A stretch of DNA of 49,532 nucleotides from Candidatus Micrarchaeia archaeon (lineage in GTDB: Archaea; Micrarchaeota; Micrarchaeia; CABMEP01), in the NCBI GenBank assembly GCA_038886535.1, contig JAVZXS010000005.1:1-49532 (forward strand). Reading direction: 5' to 3'. The translations under genes and the position numbers were made by a program. A model generated the notes under the pieces. The model did no database searches. It saw only the letters and a list, made by a program, of their open reading frames with translations, and had not been told where the DNA came from. Positions 17,887 to 28,267 of this stretch are shown piece after piece (the first letter of the stretch is position 1; every line of letters begins with the position of its first letter).

Positions 17887-19758
17887 ATGTCAATTATAAG
17901 TTCGGTTAAGCATGAAATAGCTCAAAGCCTTCTAGATGCAATAATTAAGATGAAATATGAGTCAACGCTAGAGGAGTGCAAAAACTCAATAATTCCAGCA
18001 AAACCTGAATTTGGAGACCTGTCTACAAACATATGTTTTATCCTTGCTAAGAAGTATTCTAAAAATCCTGCAGAATTAGCACAAGAAATCACAAAGAAGA
18101 TGAAATGCAGCAAGAAACTAGTTAAGGAGGTTAAGGCAATAGGTCCTTATATCAACTTTATTTTTAGCGATTCATTTATTCTTTCTGTGTTTGCAGATGT
18201 TTTAGAGAAGAAGGAAAACTACGGAAAGGGTGAAAACAAAGGAAAGAAAGCGATTGTGGAATACCCTTCAGTTAATCCAAACAAGCCATGGCATATAGGC
18301 CATCTAAGAAATGCACTACTGGGTAATTCAATATCAAACATACTTGAATTCAATGGATATGTTGTAGAGAGAGAAAACTTCATAAATGACTTAGGTTTAC
18401 AAGTGGCACAAAGTATATGGGGTTATCTTACATTGCCTAGAACAGAAGAGCAAGAAAAGGAGAAATTTGATCTCTTGATTGGAAAGCAGTATGTAGAAAT
18501 AAGCAAAGATCCAGAAAAGATAGAAATGGAAGTGAGAAGATTAATGAAAAAACTTGACGAAAGGGACCCAGTATATTCAAAAACAGCAAGAAACATATGT
18601 GAAAGGGTAGTTAGAGCACAGCTCGAAACCGCATTCAACTATGAGATCTATGAGGATGTTTTACTTTGGGAAAGTGATTTAATTGGGTTCAAGCTTTATA
18701 ATTCTATATTTTCAAAAATGCTAAAGTCAGGTATATTTGTAAAGGAGACAGAGGGCGAAAAGAAAGGATGTATTGTAGTAAAACTCGACGAATCTGAATT
18801 CCCGTCATTGAAGTCTGATGAAAAGGTCATAGTGAGATCTGATGGCGTCCCAACATATACTGCAAAAGATATTGCACTCGCGTTATGGAAATTTGGCCTT
18901 GCAGAAGGGAATATGAAATACAGCGTTTTTGAAAAGCAGCCGAATAAGAAATCTCTTTATTCTACAGATATTAATGGTAGGGTTGTAAAAGGATTTGGAA
19001 AAGGGGATATTGTTGTGAACATAATAGGGGTAGAACAAACCTATCTTCAGGATTTAATTCGATATGTTCTTAGAAAGATGGGATATGAAGCACAGGCTAA
19101 TAACTACATACATGTTGCATATGAACATGTGACCTTGCCAGAGGCAGCATTCAGTGGCAGAGAGGGAACATGGCTTGGCTATTCAGCAGATGATCTTTTT
19201 GCAGAAGGAATGAAAAGATCTATCGCAGAAATAGAGAAACGGATTGAAAAATCAGGAATAAATGAAAAAGAAAAGGAAAAAATTGCAAGACAAATCGTAA
19301 ACGCAGCAATTAAATTCTCATTCCTCAGAATCTCTCCAAACAAGAGATTTACATTCGAGTGGGATAAGGCAATAAGCTTTGAGGGAGATACTGGGCCATA
19401 TCTGCAATATGCAGGTGTAAGGGCTAAGAGAATAATTGAAAAGTCAAATGTAAAACCTTCAATCAAACCTTCATATGCGAAAAACTATTCATTAAACGAT
19501 AGCGAAAGGCAGCTTGCGAAAATAATTCTTGAATTCGAGTCTGTCGTAGAAAAAGCAGCCTCCAGCTACCAGCCAAATATAATCGCAGAATACTCACTTA
19601 GGCTTGCAGACGCATTCAGCAAATTCTACGAATCAACTCCAGTTCTTAAATCAAGCGAAGAAGAGCAGAAGATAAGATTAGGTATGACACAGGCAACTTT
19701 ATATGTTCTTTCTTCTTCTTTGGCTTTGTTAGGAATCTCTATTCCTGAGAAGATGTAA
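17887..19758 (+). CDS. argS: Arginine--tRNA ligase
   Basis: EYPSVNPNKPWHIGHLRN, RSDG.PTY..KDIA, FEGDTGPYLQYA, FYE..PVL, C-terminal IPEKM. Confidence 0.97.
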   Translation: MSIISSVKHEIAQSLLDAIIKMKYESTLEECKNSIIPAKPEFGDLSTNICFILAKKYSKNPAELAQEITKKMKCSKKLVKEVKAIGPYINFIFSDSFILSVFADVLEKKENYGKGENKGKKAIVEYPSVNPNKPWHIGHLRNALLGNSISNILEFNGYVVERENFINDLGLQVAQSIWGYLTLPRTEEQEKEKFDLLIGKQYVEISKDPEKIEMEVRRLMKKLDERDPVYSKTARNICERVVRAQLETAFNYEIYEDVLLWESDLIGFKLYNSIFSKMLKSGIFVKETEGEKKGCIVVKLDESEFPSLKSDEKVIVRSDGVPTYTAKDIALALWKFGLAEGNMKYSVFEKQPNKKSLYSTDINGRVVKGFGKGDIVVNIIGVEQTYLQDLIRYVLRKMGYEAQANNYIHVAYEHVTLPEAAFSGREGTWLGYSADDLFAEGMKRSIAEIEKRIEKSGINEKEKEKIARQIVNAAIKFSFLRISPNKRFTFEWDKAISFEGDTGPYLQYAGVRAKRIIEKSNVKPSIKPSYAKNYSLNDSERQLAKIILEFESVVEKAASSYQPNIIAEYSLRLADAFSKFYESTPVLKSSEEEQKIRLGMTQATLYVLSSSLALLGISIPEKM

Positions 19759-19861
19759 AAGCAACATCTCTCAAATTAATATAAAAAGAGATCAACATAC
19801 AACATACAAAGGAAAGGTTTATAAATAAGCTATGCGTGGTTCTATTACAAATGTTATTTAA

Positions 19862-20095
19862 ATGGCACGCGAATCATTCTGCAATTCTGACAAACATTCG
19901 GTGCCATTAAATGGTGATCGATTGACAAAATGGAGTAAAAAATGGGAGGATAAATCTGAAAGAACGCTCGGAAAAGGAAATAAAGGAATTTGGCTGAAGA
20001 TGCTTTCTGAGAGAGATAAAGAGCTAAAAAGATTTTTATTAACAAGAAGAATACCAATATCTGACAATCAAAGAATAGATAAGGAAACGATATAG
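19862..20095 (+). CDS. Small hypothetical protein
   Basis: 77-aa ORF between a BRE/TATA (gaaaggtttataaa, 19812-19825) and a T-tract. Confidence 0.45.
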   Translation: MARESFCNSDKHSVPLNGDRLTKWSKKWEDKSERTLGKGNKGIWLKMLSERDKELKRFLLTRRIPISDNQRIDKETI

Positions 20096-20207
20096 ATTTT
20101 ATTTTTATTTTAATATATTTCTCTAATTTGAATTAACTTATTTTTTATTTTATACTAAGCTATTCATAGTTTTTTATTTTTTTCCATATAATTTGTTTTG
20201 TGATTAT

Positions 20208-21260
20208 ATGGTAAAATTATCTGAAGATACAAAAAATGATAAAATAGACATAATGCAGATTTTAAAGAGAGAGGGGGAAAAGATACAGAAAGACACTATT
20301 GCTTATTTAGAAAAAGAACCAGAATCAAAGTTAAAAGAGATGATGCTTGATTACCCGTTGAGAGGAGGAAAGCATTTGCGCTCTGTTCTTGCGCTTGAAA
20401 CTTGCAAGGCTTTTAATGGCGATCCTAAGAAGATGAAAAATATATCTATAGCGCTTGAACTTTTCCAGCATTGGATTCTTATACATGATGACATTGAAGA
20501 TTATTCGGAAGAGAGAAGAGGAAAACCTGCTCTTCATCATTTGTATGGAATGCCTTTGGCAAATAACACTGGAGATGCTTTGCACATAAAGATGTGGGAT
20601 GTTCTTCTTCAGAATAGAAAGCTCCTTGGAGATGCACTTACTTTTAAGGTAATGGATGAATTCATAAAGATGATGGATAGGTGCGTCAAAGGGCAGTCTA
20701 TGGAGCTTGAATGGGTCCATGAAAAGAGATGGGATATAAGCGAAGAAGATTATTATATTATGTGCAAAGGAAAAACTACCGGTTATACATTCATAACTCC
20801 GTTTAGGTTGGGTGCAATAGTCGCAGGGGTCAAGGAATCAAAACTAAAGCCATTTTATGATATCGGTGACGATATTGGATTGGCTTTCCAGATAGAGGAC
20901 GATATACTCAATCTTGTTGGAGAGAAAGAAAAATATGGAAAAGAAATAGCTGGAGATATATACGAAGGTAAAAGAACTTTAATGCTTATACATCTTATGA
21001 AAAACGCATCCAAGGATGAGAAGAAAAGAATAGTTGAAATAATGAATAAGGAAAGAAATGAAAAAACAGAGCAAGAGGTTAATTATATACTTTCGCTGAT
21101 GAAAAAATATGGAAGCATTGATTATGCAAAGGAAAAGGCAATATTCTTTGCAAAAAGAGCAAAAAAGAATTTTGACAAGCAATACAAATTCATGAAAGAC
21201 AGCGAATCAAAGAAGTTTATAGAAGCTTTATTTGACTTCGTAATAAACAGAGAGATGTAA
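20208..21260 (+). CDS. idsA: Short-chain polyprenyl diphosphate synthase (GGPP synthase-like)
   Basis: GGKHLR, LIHDDIED..EERRGKP, GQSMEL, KT..Y, AFQIEDDILN, GK....DI.EGK.T. Confidence 0.9.
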   Translation: MVKLSEDTKNDKIDIMQILKREGEKIQKDTIAYLEKEPESKLKEMMLDYPLRGGKHLRSVLALETCKAFNGDPKKMKNISIALELFQHWILIHDDIEDYSEERRGKPALHHLYGMPLANNTGDALHIKMWDVLLQNRKLLGDALTFKVMDEFIKMMDRCVKGQSMELEWVHEKRWDISEEDYYIMCKGKTTGYTFITPFRLGAIVAGVKESKLKPFYDIGDDIGLAFQIEDDILNLVGEKEKYGKEIAGDIYEGKRTLMLIHLMKNASKDEKKRIVEIMNKERNEKTEQEVNYILSLMKKYGSIDYAKEKAIFFAKRAKKNFDKQYKFMKDSESKKFIEALFDFVINREM

Positions 21261-21364
21261 TAACAACTCGTTTATGTATCAATCTCTGTTATATATCTCT
21301 GTTTATTTTTCGATTTGATCTTTATTATTGTATTTTATTGTTTTTATTATTTGTCGTTGATAGC

Positions 21365-21703
21365 TCATTTAAAAAGTTCTTCTGTCTTTGTTTTTCCTTC
21401 TTTTATTCTGGAAATTACTCTTTTTCTTGTCTCTTCGACTGACCTTATTAATTCATTAACATTACCAACAAGAGAGATTGGCAGATCCAGTATTTTTCTT
21501 TGCCACTCTATATTTCTTAGTGTCCTTATATGGATGTCAAAAAGAATGTTTTCTATCTTTTCTCTTTCACTAGGAAGCAAATAAGTTAATCTGTCCATTG
21601 ACTTTCGGATCTCTTCTATCCTGTCAAATTCAGTGTTTAAGTTTACGAATTTTTCAAGCTCTTTTTTCCTATCAAAATTTGGAAATTTATTCTTCATTTT
21701 CAT
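21365..21703 (-). CDS. Hypothetical helical protein
   Basis: 112-aa charged ORF with SD aggtga upstream. Confidence 0.65.
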   Translation of the reverse strand: MKMKNKFPNFDRKKELEKFVNLNTEFDRIEEIRKSMDRLTYLLPSEREKIENILFDIHIRTLRNIEWQRKILDLPISLVGNVNELIRSVEETRKRVISRIKEGKTKTEELFK

Positions 21704-21841
21704 TCTTTCACCTAATTATTATATTTTAATCTGTAATGTATCGATTAAGATGTTAATAAAAGAAGCACGTTTAATGTATTTATATTTTTCTATTTTTTAA
21801 GAATGATATTTAATTTGAAATTATATATTTGGAATCAATCG

Positions 21842-23125
21842 TTATATCTGGACTGTTTCTCCTATGTCTGGAGCTATTGCATCATAGCCATTTTCTTTCA
21901 GCTCAGAAGCAAATCCTTCGCAATCATCTCCATGCACGCATATTATTTTTTCAGGCTCGATTGTTTCTATGAATTTAAATAATTCGTTTCTGCCAGCATG
22001 CGCACTTAATGGCTCATAGAAAACATTTAGATTTATCGGTACTTCTTTTGTTTTTCCTTCTTCTCTTCTTGGTTTTATCTTTATCATCTGCTTATTCTGA
22101 AGCAGCCATCCTCCAGTTCCTTCGACACAATAACCAGTAAATATTACTGAGGAATCTATGTCCTCTTTCTTTTTCATCTCATTCAAAGCAAGCAAATAGC
22201 TTATTGCAGGACCCCCTTCAAGCATACCAGATGTTGCTATTATGATCGATGGTTCCTTAAGCACTTCATTTTTGTTTTTTCCTACTGGCTTTAGATTTTC
22301 AAGAGCATTCTTTAATTTACCTGGGTTTTTGACATATCTCGGGTAGTTCATAGTTATCTCAGATGCTGTTTTTCCCATTCCGTCGATGAATATAGGTGCA
22401 TTTATCTGATAATCAGCCAATACCATCGCAAGCTCCTGCGTTCTTCCGACTGCGAATGTGGGGAATAGAACATTGCCACCATCATGTAATGTCTTTTTAA
22501 CTATGTTTATTATCTTTCTTTCAGTTTCTTTTCTTGGAGGATGGTATCTTTTTGCATATGTGCTTTCTATAATAAGTGCATTGAATTTTCCTTCTGGAAT
22601 TGTTGCTCCCGAAAGAAGTCTTGTTTCATCTAGTTTGAAGTCGCTTGTATAAAATAATCTTTTTCTTTCAGTTTTTATCTCCATCATTGCGCTTCCGGGA
22701 ATGTGGCCTGCATCATAGTAAGTGAATTTAACACTGCCGATTGAGTGTTCCATTCCATATGGAACTCCGACTGTTTTGTTAAATGTGCCGTCTATATCGT
22801 TTCTTTCATATGGAAGCTGCGGATCTATCTTCTTAGCATCCTTTATCAAAAGGTCTGCCAATCCTTGTGTAGGAATTGTCATGAAAAACGGAGTATTGTA
22901 TCTCCGATAGAGTTCAGGAGAGAATCCAGAATGGTCAAGATGCGCATGTCCTATCAATGCAGCATCAACTTTGACATTAATATCAAGTTTTGGAAATCCT
23001 GTAACTTCCATATCCTGGTCTTTAACCTTTATTCCTGCATCTAATGCAATCTTCTTTCCCTCTGTCTCTACAAGCATCATGGATCTTCCAACTTCTCTTC
23101 CAGCTCCAAGAATATGTATCTTCAA
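21842..23125 (-). CDS. Beta-CASP metallo-beta-lactamase ribonuclease (aCPSF2-like, no KH domains)
   Basis: LGAGREVGRS, HAHLDH, AGHIPGS, SDF, IESTY, FAVGRTQE, TSGMLEGG, LSAHAG, VHGD. Confidence 0.93.
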   Translation of the reverse strand: MKIHILGAGREVGRSMMLVETEGKKIALDAGIKVKDQDMEVTGFPKLDINVKVDAALIGHAHLDHSGFSPELYRRYNTPFFMTIPTQGLADLLIKDAKKIDPQLPYERNDIDGTFNKTVGVPYGMEHSIGSVKFTYYDAGHIPGSAMMEIKTERKRLFYTSDFKLDETRLLSGATIPEGKFNALIIESTYAKRYHPPRKETERKIINIVKKTLHDGGNVLFPTFAVGRTQELAMVLADYQINAPIFIDGMGKTASEITMNYPRYVKNPGKLKNALENLKPVGKNKNEVLKEPSIIIATSGMLEGGPAISYLLALNEMKKKEDIDSSVIFTGYCVEGTGGWLLQNKQMIKIKPRREEGKTKEVPINLNVFYEPLSAHAGRNELFKFIETIEPEKIICVHGDDCEGFASELKENGYDAIAPDIGETVQI

Positions 23126-23276
23126 TTACTCACTTCCATTTCAATTCATAAATCTATTGTTGGATATGAAATAATAACATATTCCATTAAATAGAATTTA
23201 AGAGTAGATTTTTTAAATCATTAGATACAAGTTTTATTAGACAAATAAATATAAAATAATTTAAGAGTGGATAAAT

Positions 23277-24005
23277 ATGGAGATGCCAAAAGATCTAACA
23301 ATACTTGATTTGGTTGTGCTTGAGAAAATTGAGAAAGATTCTCTTATGGAGAGCTTTAGTGGTAAGCTCTATTCCTCTTTCTTTGATACTGCTTCCATTC
23401 TAGGAACTTTGCAGGTAAAGCAGCTTGTTTCAATATCCTCTGCAATAGGAAGAAGTATAGTGAACAGAAGTGAGCTAGGGGAGAAAGTTCTTATGTATGC
23501 AGAGGAAAAGGCAATGGAACCATTAGATGGACTGGATCATGTGATATTGAAATCTATAGCATCAGGAAATAAGGTTTTTGAGGATGTGAAAAACGATTTA
23601 AACATAAGGAGTGATGATCTTGCAGTCCATCTCTATAAGGTAATAAAGCAAGGATATGCAGATTATGAAATAAGAGCTGGAAAATTGACTCTGAATATAA
23701 CAGAAAAAGGATTCAAGCTTACTGGTTATGTTCCAAAGAAACAACCACCTAAGGCTGAGGAGAAACCCGTTCAACAAACAAGGCAGGTAGAGGTAAAGCC
23801 AACAAAACAGCTTGATATAAAATCTGTTCTATCATCTGTAGATGCAACACCTGTTGAAAGCGAAGAAGGGGTTAAGTTAAGTACGATGGATAAATTCTTA
23901 GGTAAGCTTAGTTTCTTCATAGGTAAATATGCTCCATTCATAATAATTGCAATTTTGATAATAGTGCTTGCTGCACTGTATATAAGCGGATATATATCGA
24001 TATAA
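23277..24005 (+). CDS. Hypothetical protein: two tandem winged-helix-like units, linker, C-terminal TM anchor
   Basis: LTILDLVVLEKI...SELG and LDGLDHVILKSI...HLYKVIKQGYA...ITEKG units; P/K-rich linker; hydrophobic C-terminus. Confidence 0.6.
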   Translation: MEMPKDLTILDLVVLEKIEKDSLMESFSGKLYSSFFDTASILGTLQVKQLVSISSAIGRSIVNRSELGEKVLMYAEEKAMEPLDGLDHVILKSIASGNKVFEDVKNDLNIRSDDLAVHLYKVIKQGYADYEIRAGKLTLNITEKGFKLTGYVPKKQPPKAEEKPVQQTRQVEVKPTKQLDIKSVLSSVDATPVESEEGVKLSTMDKFLGKLSFFIGKYAPFIIIAILIIVLAALYISGYISI

Positions 24006-24008
24006 ATC

Positions 24009-24665
24009 ATGTTATTAGATTTAATCAGTAAAAAGATAATTATGAAACAATTTGATCTATTGTCAAAATATGGGATTCCTTTTGTGGAGTATGCAATAGC
24101 AAAAAGTCCAGAAGAGGCACAAAGAATAGCTGACAGCATAGGCTATCCTGTTGCAATGAAGATAGCCTCTTCTCAACCTTTACACAAAACAGAGATAGGG
24201 GGAGTTAGGTTGAACATACCTCCAGACGCTGTGCAACAAACTTTTACAGATATATTAAGAAGTTCTGTTTCTGCAGGAATTGAGTTTGAAGGAGTAATTA
24301 TTCAACAGATGGCAGCACCCGGTATAGAAATGTTAGTAGGATTGAAGCAGGATCCCACATTTGGTCCGGTTATATTAGTTGGTGCGGGTGGGATATATGC
24401 TGAGATAATGAGGGATGTATCTATAAGGGTGTGTCCTGTTGAAATTGACGACGTGAAGGAGATGCTTTCTGAACTCAAGTCTTATCCTATATTCAATGCA
24501 AGAGGAAAGGAATACGACGTTGATTCTTTGATTGATGTAATAATGAAGGTGAATTCAATAGCACTTACAGAAAGAATAAAAGAATTGGATCTTAATCCAG
24601 TTATAGTGCACTCAAAAGATAGGGGCGGCGGGTGTGAAGTAGTGGATGTCAGAATAGTTGAGTGA
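24009..24665 (+). CDS. acdB: ADP-forming acetate--CoA ligase beta subunit (ATP-grasp)
   Basis: IGYPVAMKI.S...HKTEIGGV, DPTFGPVI.VG.GG, ELDLNPV, VVDVRI. Confidence 0.92.
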   Translation: MLLDLISKKIIMKQFDLLSKYGIPFVEYAIAKSPEEAQRIADSIGYPVAMKIASSQPLHKTEIGGVRLNIPPDAVQQTFTDILRSSVSAGIEFEGVIIQQMAAPGIEMLVGLKQDPTFGPVILVGAGGIYAEIMRDVSIRVCPVEIDDVKEMLSELKSYPIFNARGKEYDVDSLIDVIMKVNSIALTERIKELDLNPVIVHSKDRGGGCEVVDVRIVE

Positions 24666-24669
24666 TATC

Positions 24670-26043
24670 ATGAGATTTGACCTTAGGAAAATGTTTGAGC
24701 CCGAATCAATAGCAGTGATAGGTGCATCGAAAGAGCCAAACAAGATAGGTCATGTAATACTAAAGAATCTTGTAGAAGGGGGTTTCTCAGGCCCAGTTTA
24801 TCCTGTAAATCCTTCCGCTGATGTAATTCTTTATCAACATGCTTTTGCATCTGTCAAAGACATTCCTAGCCCTGTTGATCTTGCAATAATTGTTGTTCCA
24901 CAGAAAGCAGTTCTTAAAGTCCTTGATGAATGCGGACAGAAAGGAATAAAGAATGTTGTGATAATAACGAGTGGGTTTGCAGAGGTTGGAAATGTCGAAG
25001 ATGAAAAAAGAGTAAAAGAGATAGCGGAAAGATATAAGATGGCAGTGATAGGAGTAAACTGCATGGGATTTATTAATCCTTATTCAAGAGTGGATTCTGT
25101 TTTTAATCCAGTGTATAAATTAGGAAGGCCAAAGGCAGGTGAAATCGCATTCATAAGCCAGAGCGGAGCGGTCGGTGCTGCAGTAATGGACTTGGCTGCA
25201 AAAATGGGTGTTGGAATCTCTTTGTTTGTTTCGTATGGAAATGCTACAGTAATTGATGAAACAGATCTTATTGAATATTTAAATGAAGACAAAAGAACTA
25301 AAGTAATTGCAATGTACATAGAGGCTGTAAAGGATGGAAGAAGGTTCTTAGAGGTGGCAAAGAAAGTGACAAAAAGAAAGCCAATCATACTTATAAAAGC
25401 TGGAAAGACGCAAGCAGGTGTTAAGGCTGCTGCTTCACACACAGCTTCATTGGCTGGAGATTATGCAGTTTATTCAGCTGCATTTAGACAGGCAGGAATA
25501 ATAGAGGTAGAATCATTGACTGATTTGTTTGATTTTTCAAAAATATTCCTTCAACCATTTCCTAAAGGAAAGAGAGTTGGGATAATAACAAACGGAGGAG
25601 GAATAGGTGTTCTTACCTCTGATCAAATCATTTTAAACGGCTTGAATATGGCTGAATTGAGTATAGAAACAAAGGCCAGACTTCGTGAGTCAATGCCAAT
25701 GCATGTTAACATATCGAATCCTCTTGATCTCGCAGGCGATGCAGATGTCGCAAGATTTAGAATAGCGCTTGAAGAAATGTTCAACGATAAAAATGTAGAC
25801 ATGTTAGTGCTCACTCCTTTGATGCAGACAGCAAGCCTAGATGGCAGCATAATAGATCTGATAATTTCTTATTCTCAAAAGATGGAAAAACCAATGGTGG
25901 TTGTTACAATTGGGGGAGATTATACAGAACAAATGAGAGTGCTCTTAGAGAATGGAGGGGTGCCAACATACACCTCATCTTATGTCGCAGCTAAAGCACT
26001 TTCAAAATTGGCATGGTATTCTACCAAATATTCTAAAATTTGA
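24670..26043 (+). CDS. acdA: ADP-forming acetate--CoA ligase alpha subunit
   Basis: P.SIAVIGAS, G.NCMG, ISQSGA, SYGN, AAASHTASLAG (phospho-His), TNGGG.G, NPLDL.GDA. Confidence 0.94.
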   Translation: MRFDLRKMFEPESIAVIGASKEPNKIGHVILKNLVEGGFSGPVYPVNPSADVILYQHAFASVKDIPSPVDLAIIVVPQKAVLKVLDECGQKGIKNVVIITSGFAEVGNVEDEKRVKEIAERYKMAVIGVNCMGFINPYSRVDSVFNPVYKLGRPKAGEIAFISQSGAVGAAVMDLAAKMGVGISLFVSYGNATVIDETDLIEYLNEDKRTKVIAMYIEAVKDGRRFLEVAKKVTKRKPIILIKAGKTQAGVKAAASHTASLAGDYAVYSAAFRQAGIIEVESLTDLFDFSKIFLQPFPKGKRVGIITNGGGIGVLTSDQIILNGLNMAELSIETKARLRESMPMHVNISNPLDLAGDADVARFRIALEEMFNDKNVDMLVLTPLMQTASLDGSIIDLIISYSQKMEKPMVVVTIGGDYTEQMRVLLENGGVPTYTSSYVAAKALSKLAWYSTKYSKI

Positions 26044-26102
26044 TTTGTAATATCTATTCGTTCTATTTATTTTCTACCTATTTTCTTTTTATTTCTATTA
26101 TT

Positions 26103-27314
26103 TTATTTGCTCTGCTTCTTTTTTATCATCTCTTCCAGAACTAGTCCTATATTATCTTCGTCTTGGAGCATGCTCATAAGGAATTCAACATCAATATCTT
26201 TTGCGCTTGTGTTTTGAAGTCTTTCTTTTATTGATTGTATTCCAATCTCTCTTATAGACATCTTTTGCTTGTACATGTTTCTTAATGTCTCAAGCTTTTC
26301 CTTTAATCCCTGCTCATCCATTTCATTGTCTATCTGAAGTATGCATTTATCTTCGTATTCTGAATATATATCTTGAAGGCTTAAGTTTTCTCTTTTTATT
26401 CCTTGTTTCAGAGTTCCAGATACAACCACTCTGATTATTGGAATTTCATCTTTTCCTTTGATTTCTTTCCCTTTTTGTAAAAGTTCGTCAATCTTATTTC
26501 TTATTCCGTCATTTACATCTTTAAGATCAGCATTCTTGAATTCTATTTCTCCATAAAGGAATTTCCTGCTTTTTATGTCAACAAATTTGATTTCATTTGT
26601 ATTTGTATCAAGAATCACATATGCCCTAGGTTCCTCTTCTTCCTTCTTTAGCTGAGTTATTACTGTGCTTCCAGGAATAAGCAATTTTTTTCCGTTTTTC
26701 TCCATCACTACTCTTTTATGTATGTGGCCACATAAATAAAGATTAAATCCATCTGGTAGCTCATCTAAAGAGATCCCTTCAGCCATAGGTATGACTTCCT
26801 TAATTGTTTGATGTAGCATTAGTATGTTGTATGCCCCAGCTATAGGCTTGAAATTTAGTTGCTTTATAGTTTCTTTTATTGAATCCTCTGTGGTTCCCCC
26901 TATTCCATGGATTGCAATTTTTTCTACACTTCCATCTTTGTTTCTTTTCTCAAAAACCACAGTTCTGTCGCTTACATTAGTTATAATCCCAGCTCTTTCA
27001 AGCAGTTCAACAGGATTAACCATTCCTTTCGATCTTCTGTCATGTGTCCCATGTATTGCCACTACTGGAATAAGACCTTCTTTATTTTCGATTCCCTTTT
27101 CTTTCCAATCTATTTTTTTCCCATAAGAAAAGATTTCCATTGCCTTTGCAATAACTTCAAATTTAGGTGTCTTTGTATCGAATATATCTCCAGCTATCAA
27201 AACGATGTCTGAATTGTTGCATGCTTCTCTAAATGCTTCTTCTGCTTGTTCTATTGAATCTTCATAGAATCTGGGATATCCGATATGTGTATCAGAAAGA
27301 ATTCCCACTTTCAT
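26103..27314 (-). CDS. mre11: DNA double-strand break repair nuclease Mre11
   Basis: SDTHIG, AGDIFD, HGTHD, MLHQ, CGHIH, PGS, plus a capping domain. Confidence 0.88.
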   Translation of the reverse strand: MKVGILSDTHIGYPRFYEDSIEQAEEAFREACNNSDIVLIAGDIFDTKTPKFEVIAKAMEIFSYGKKIDWKEKGIENKEGLIPVVAIHGTHDRRSKGMVNPVELLERAGIITNVSDRTVVFEKRNKDGSVEKIAIHGIGGTTEDSIKETIKQLNFKPIAGAYNILMLHQTIKEVIPMAEGISLDELPDGFNLYLCGHIHKRVVMEKNGKKLLIPGSTVITQLKKEEEEPRAYVILDTNTNEIKFVDIKSRKFLYGEIEFKNADLKDVNDGIRNKIDELLQKGKEIKGKDEIPIIRVVVSGTLKQGIKRENLSLQDIYSEYEDKCILQIDNEMDEQGLKEKLETLRNMYKQKMSIREIGIQSIKERLQNTSAKDIDVEFLMSMLQDEDNIGLVLEEMIKKKQSK

Positions 27315-27433
27315 AACTTTTCACTTTTATATTTTAAGATGTGAATATATCTTTAAAACATATTTATAATTATTTCTGTCTAATAATTATCTGGATTGAA
27401 TGCGTTGATTCGGATAGCAATAGGTGGATCTGA

Positions 27434-28261
27434 ATGGCCTTGCAAAAGAAAAAAAAGAAAACAAAAATGCAAAAAATCACCAAGAAAAAAGATTCCATTA
27501 AGAAAAAAACAAATAAGAAAAAATCTCGAATCACAAGCATAAAAAGAATTATGAAGACAAATCCTGCGAAAAAAATTTTCTTAACATCTGGAAGCAAGTC
27601 GCTTGACAGATTGCTTGGAAAAGGAATTGTTGAAGGCACATCAGTATTGATACTTGGAGCACCTCATTCTGGTAAGAAGCCAATCTTAATGAAGATGGTT
27701 AAGGACAATTGTTGTGAGTATGGTATCTCACCAATAATCATACTTACTGATTTAGGTGTTAGCAACTGGATTGCAATGGCTGAAAAAAACAATTGGAGCT
27801 GTAATAAAAAAATATGCAACATATTCTACATAGATAGTTATTCTCAGCAATTCAATGTTTGTTCTGCATCTCAAAATGTAAAGTGTCTTGAAGTTCCGTT
27901 TACATTAAGTTCTCTTTCCATATCCGTTTCTGAATATATAGATAAAATAAAAAAGGAAGGAAAGAAACCATTGGTTGTTCTTCATTCAATATCAACTTTG
28001 ATAGAAACATTTGGCACAAATGAGGTGTTTTCATTTTTGCGATTCTTTTTAGGCAAATTAAGAAATGAAGGAGTCACAATCGTTTCTACAATGCAGCTTG
28101 GCGTACATGGGGAGAATCTAGAGACAGCAATTTCTTCTCTAAACGAATGTGTGATAAAATTAAAAGACAACAAGTTAAACGCTTCAGGATATCTTACTAT
28201 AAGAGATAATAATTGGCATACTTATAAATTTGTAAAGAATCAATTGGTTCTAATCGATTAA
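27434..28261 (+). CDS. RAD55/KaiC-like RecA-fold protein with degenerate ATPase motifs and a Lys-rich N-tail
   Basis: SGSKSLDRLLGKGI..GTSVLILGAPHSGKKP, YIDSYS, VVLHSISTL. Confidence 0.75.
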   Translation: MALQKKKKKTKMQKITKKKDSIKKKTNKKKSRITSIKRIMKTNPAKKIFLTSGSKSLDRLLGKGIVEGTSVLILGAPHSGKKPILMKMVKDNCCEYGISPIIILTDLGVSNWIAMAEKNNWSCNKKICNIFYIDSYSQQFNVCSASQNVKCLEVPFTLSSLSISVSEYIDKIKKEGKKPLVVLHSISTLIETFGTNEVFSFLRFFLGKLRNEGVTIVSTMQLGVHGENLETAISSLNECVIKLKDNKLNASGYLTIRDNNWHTYKFVKNQLVLID

Positions 28262-28267
28262 GGTGTT

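Noticed and set aside
17693..17899. 68-aa plus-strand ORF
   Set aside because: Antisense to tRNA-Pro; WGRRDLNS is a typical tRNA shadow translation.
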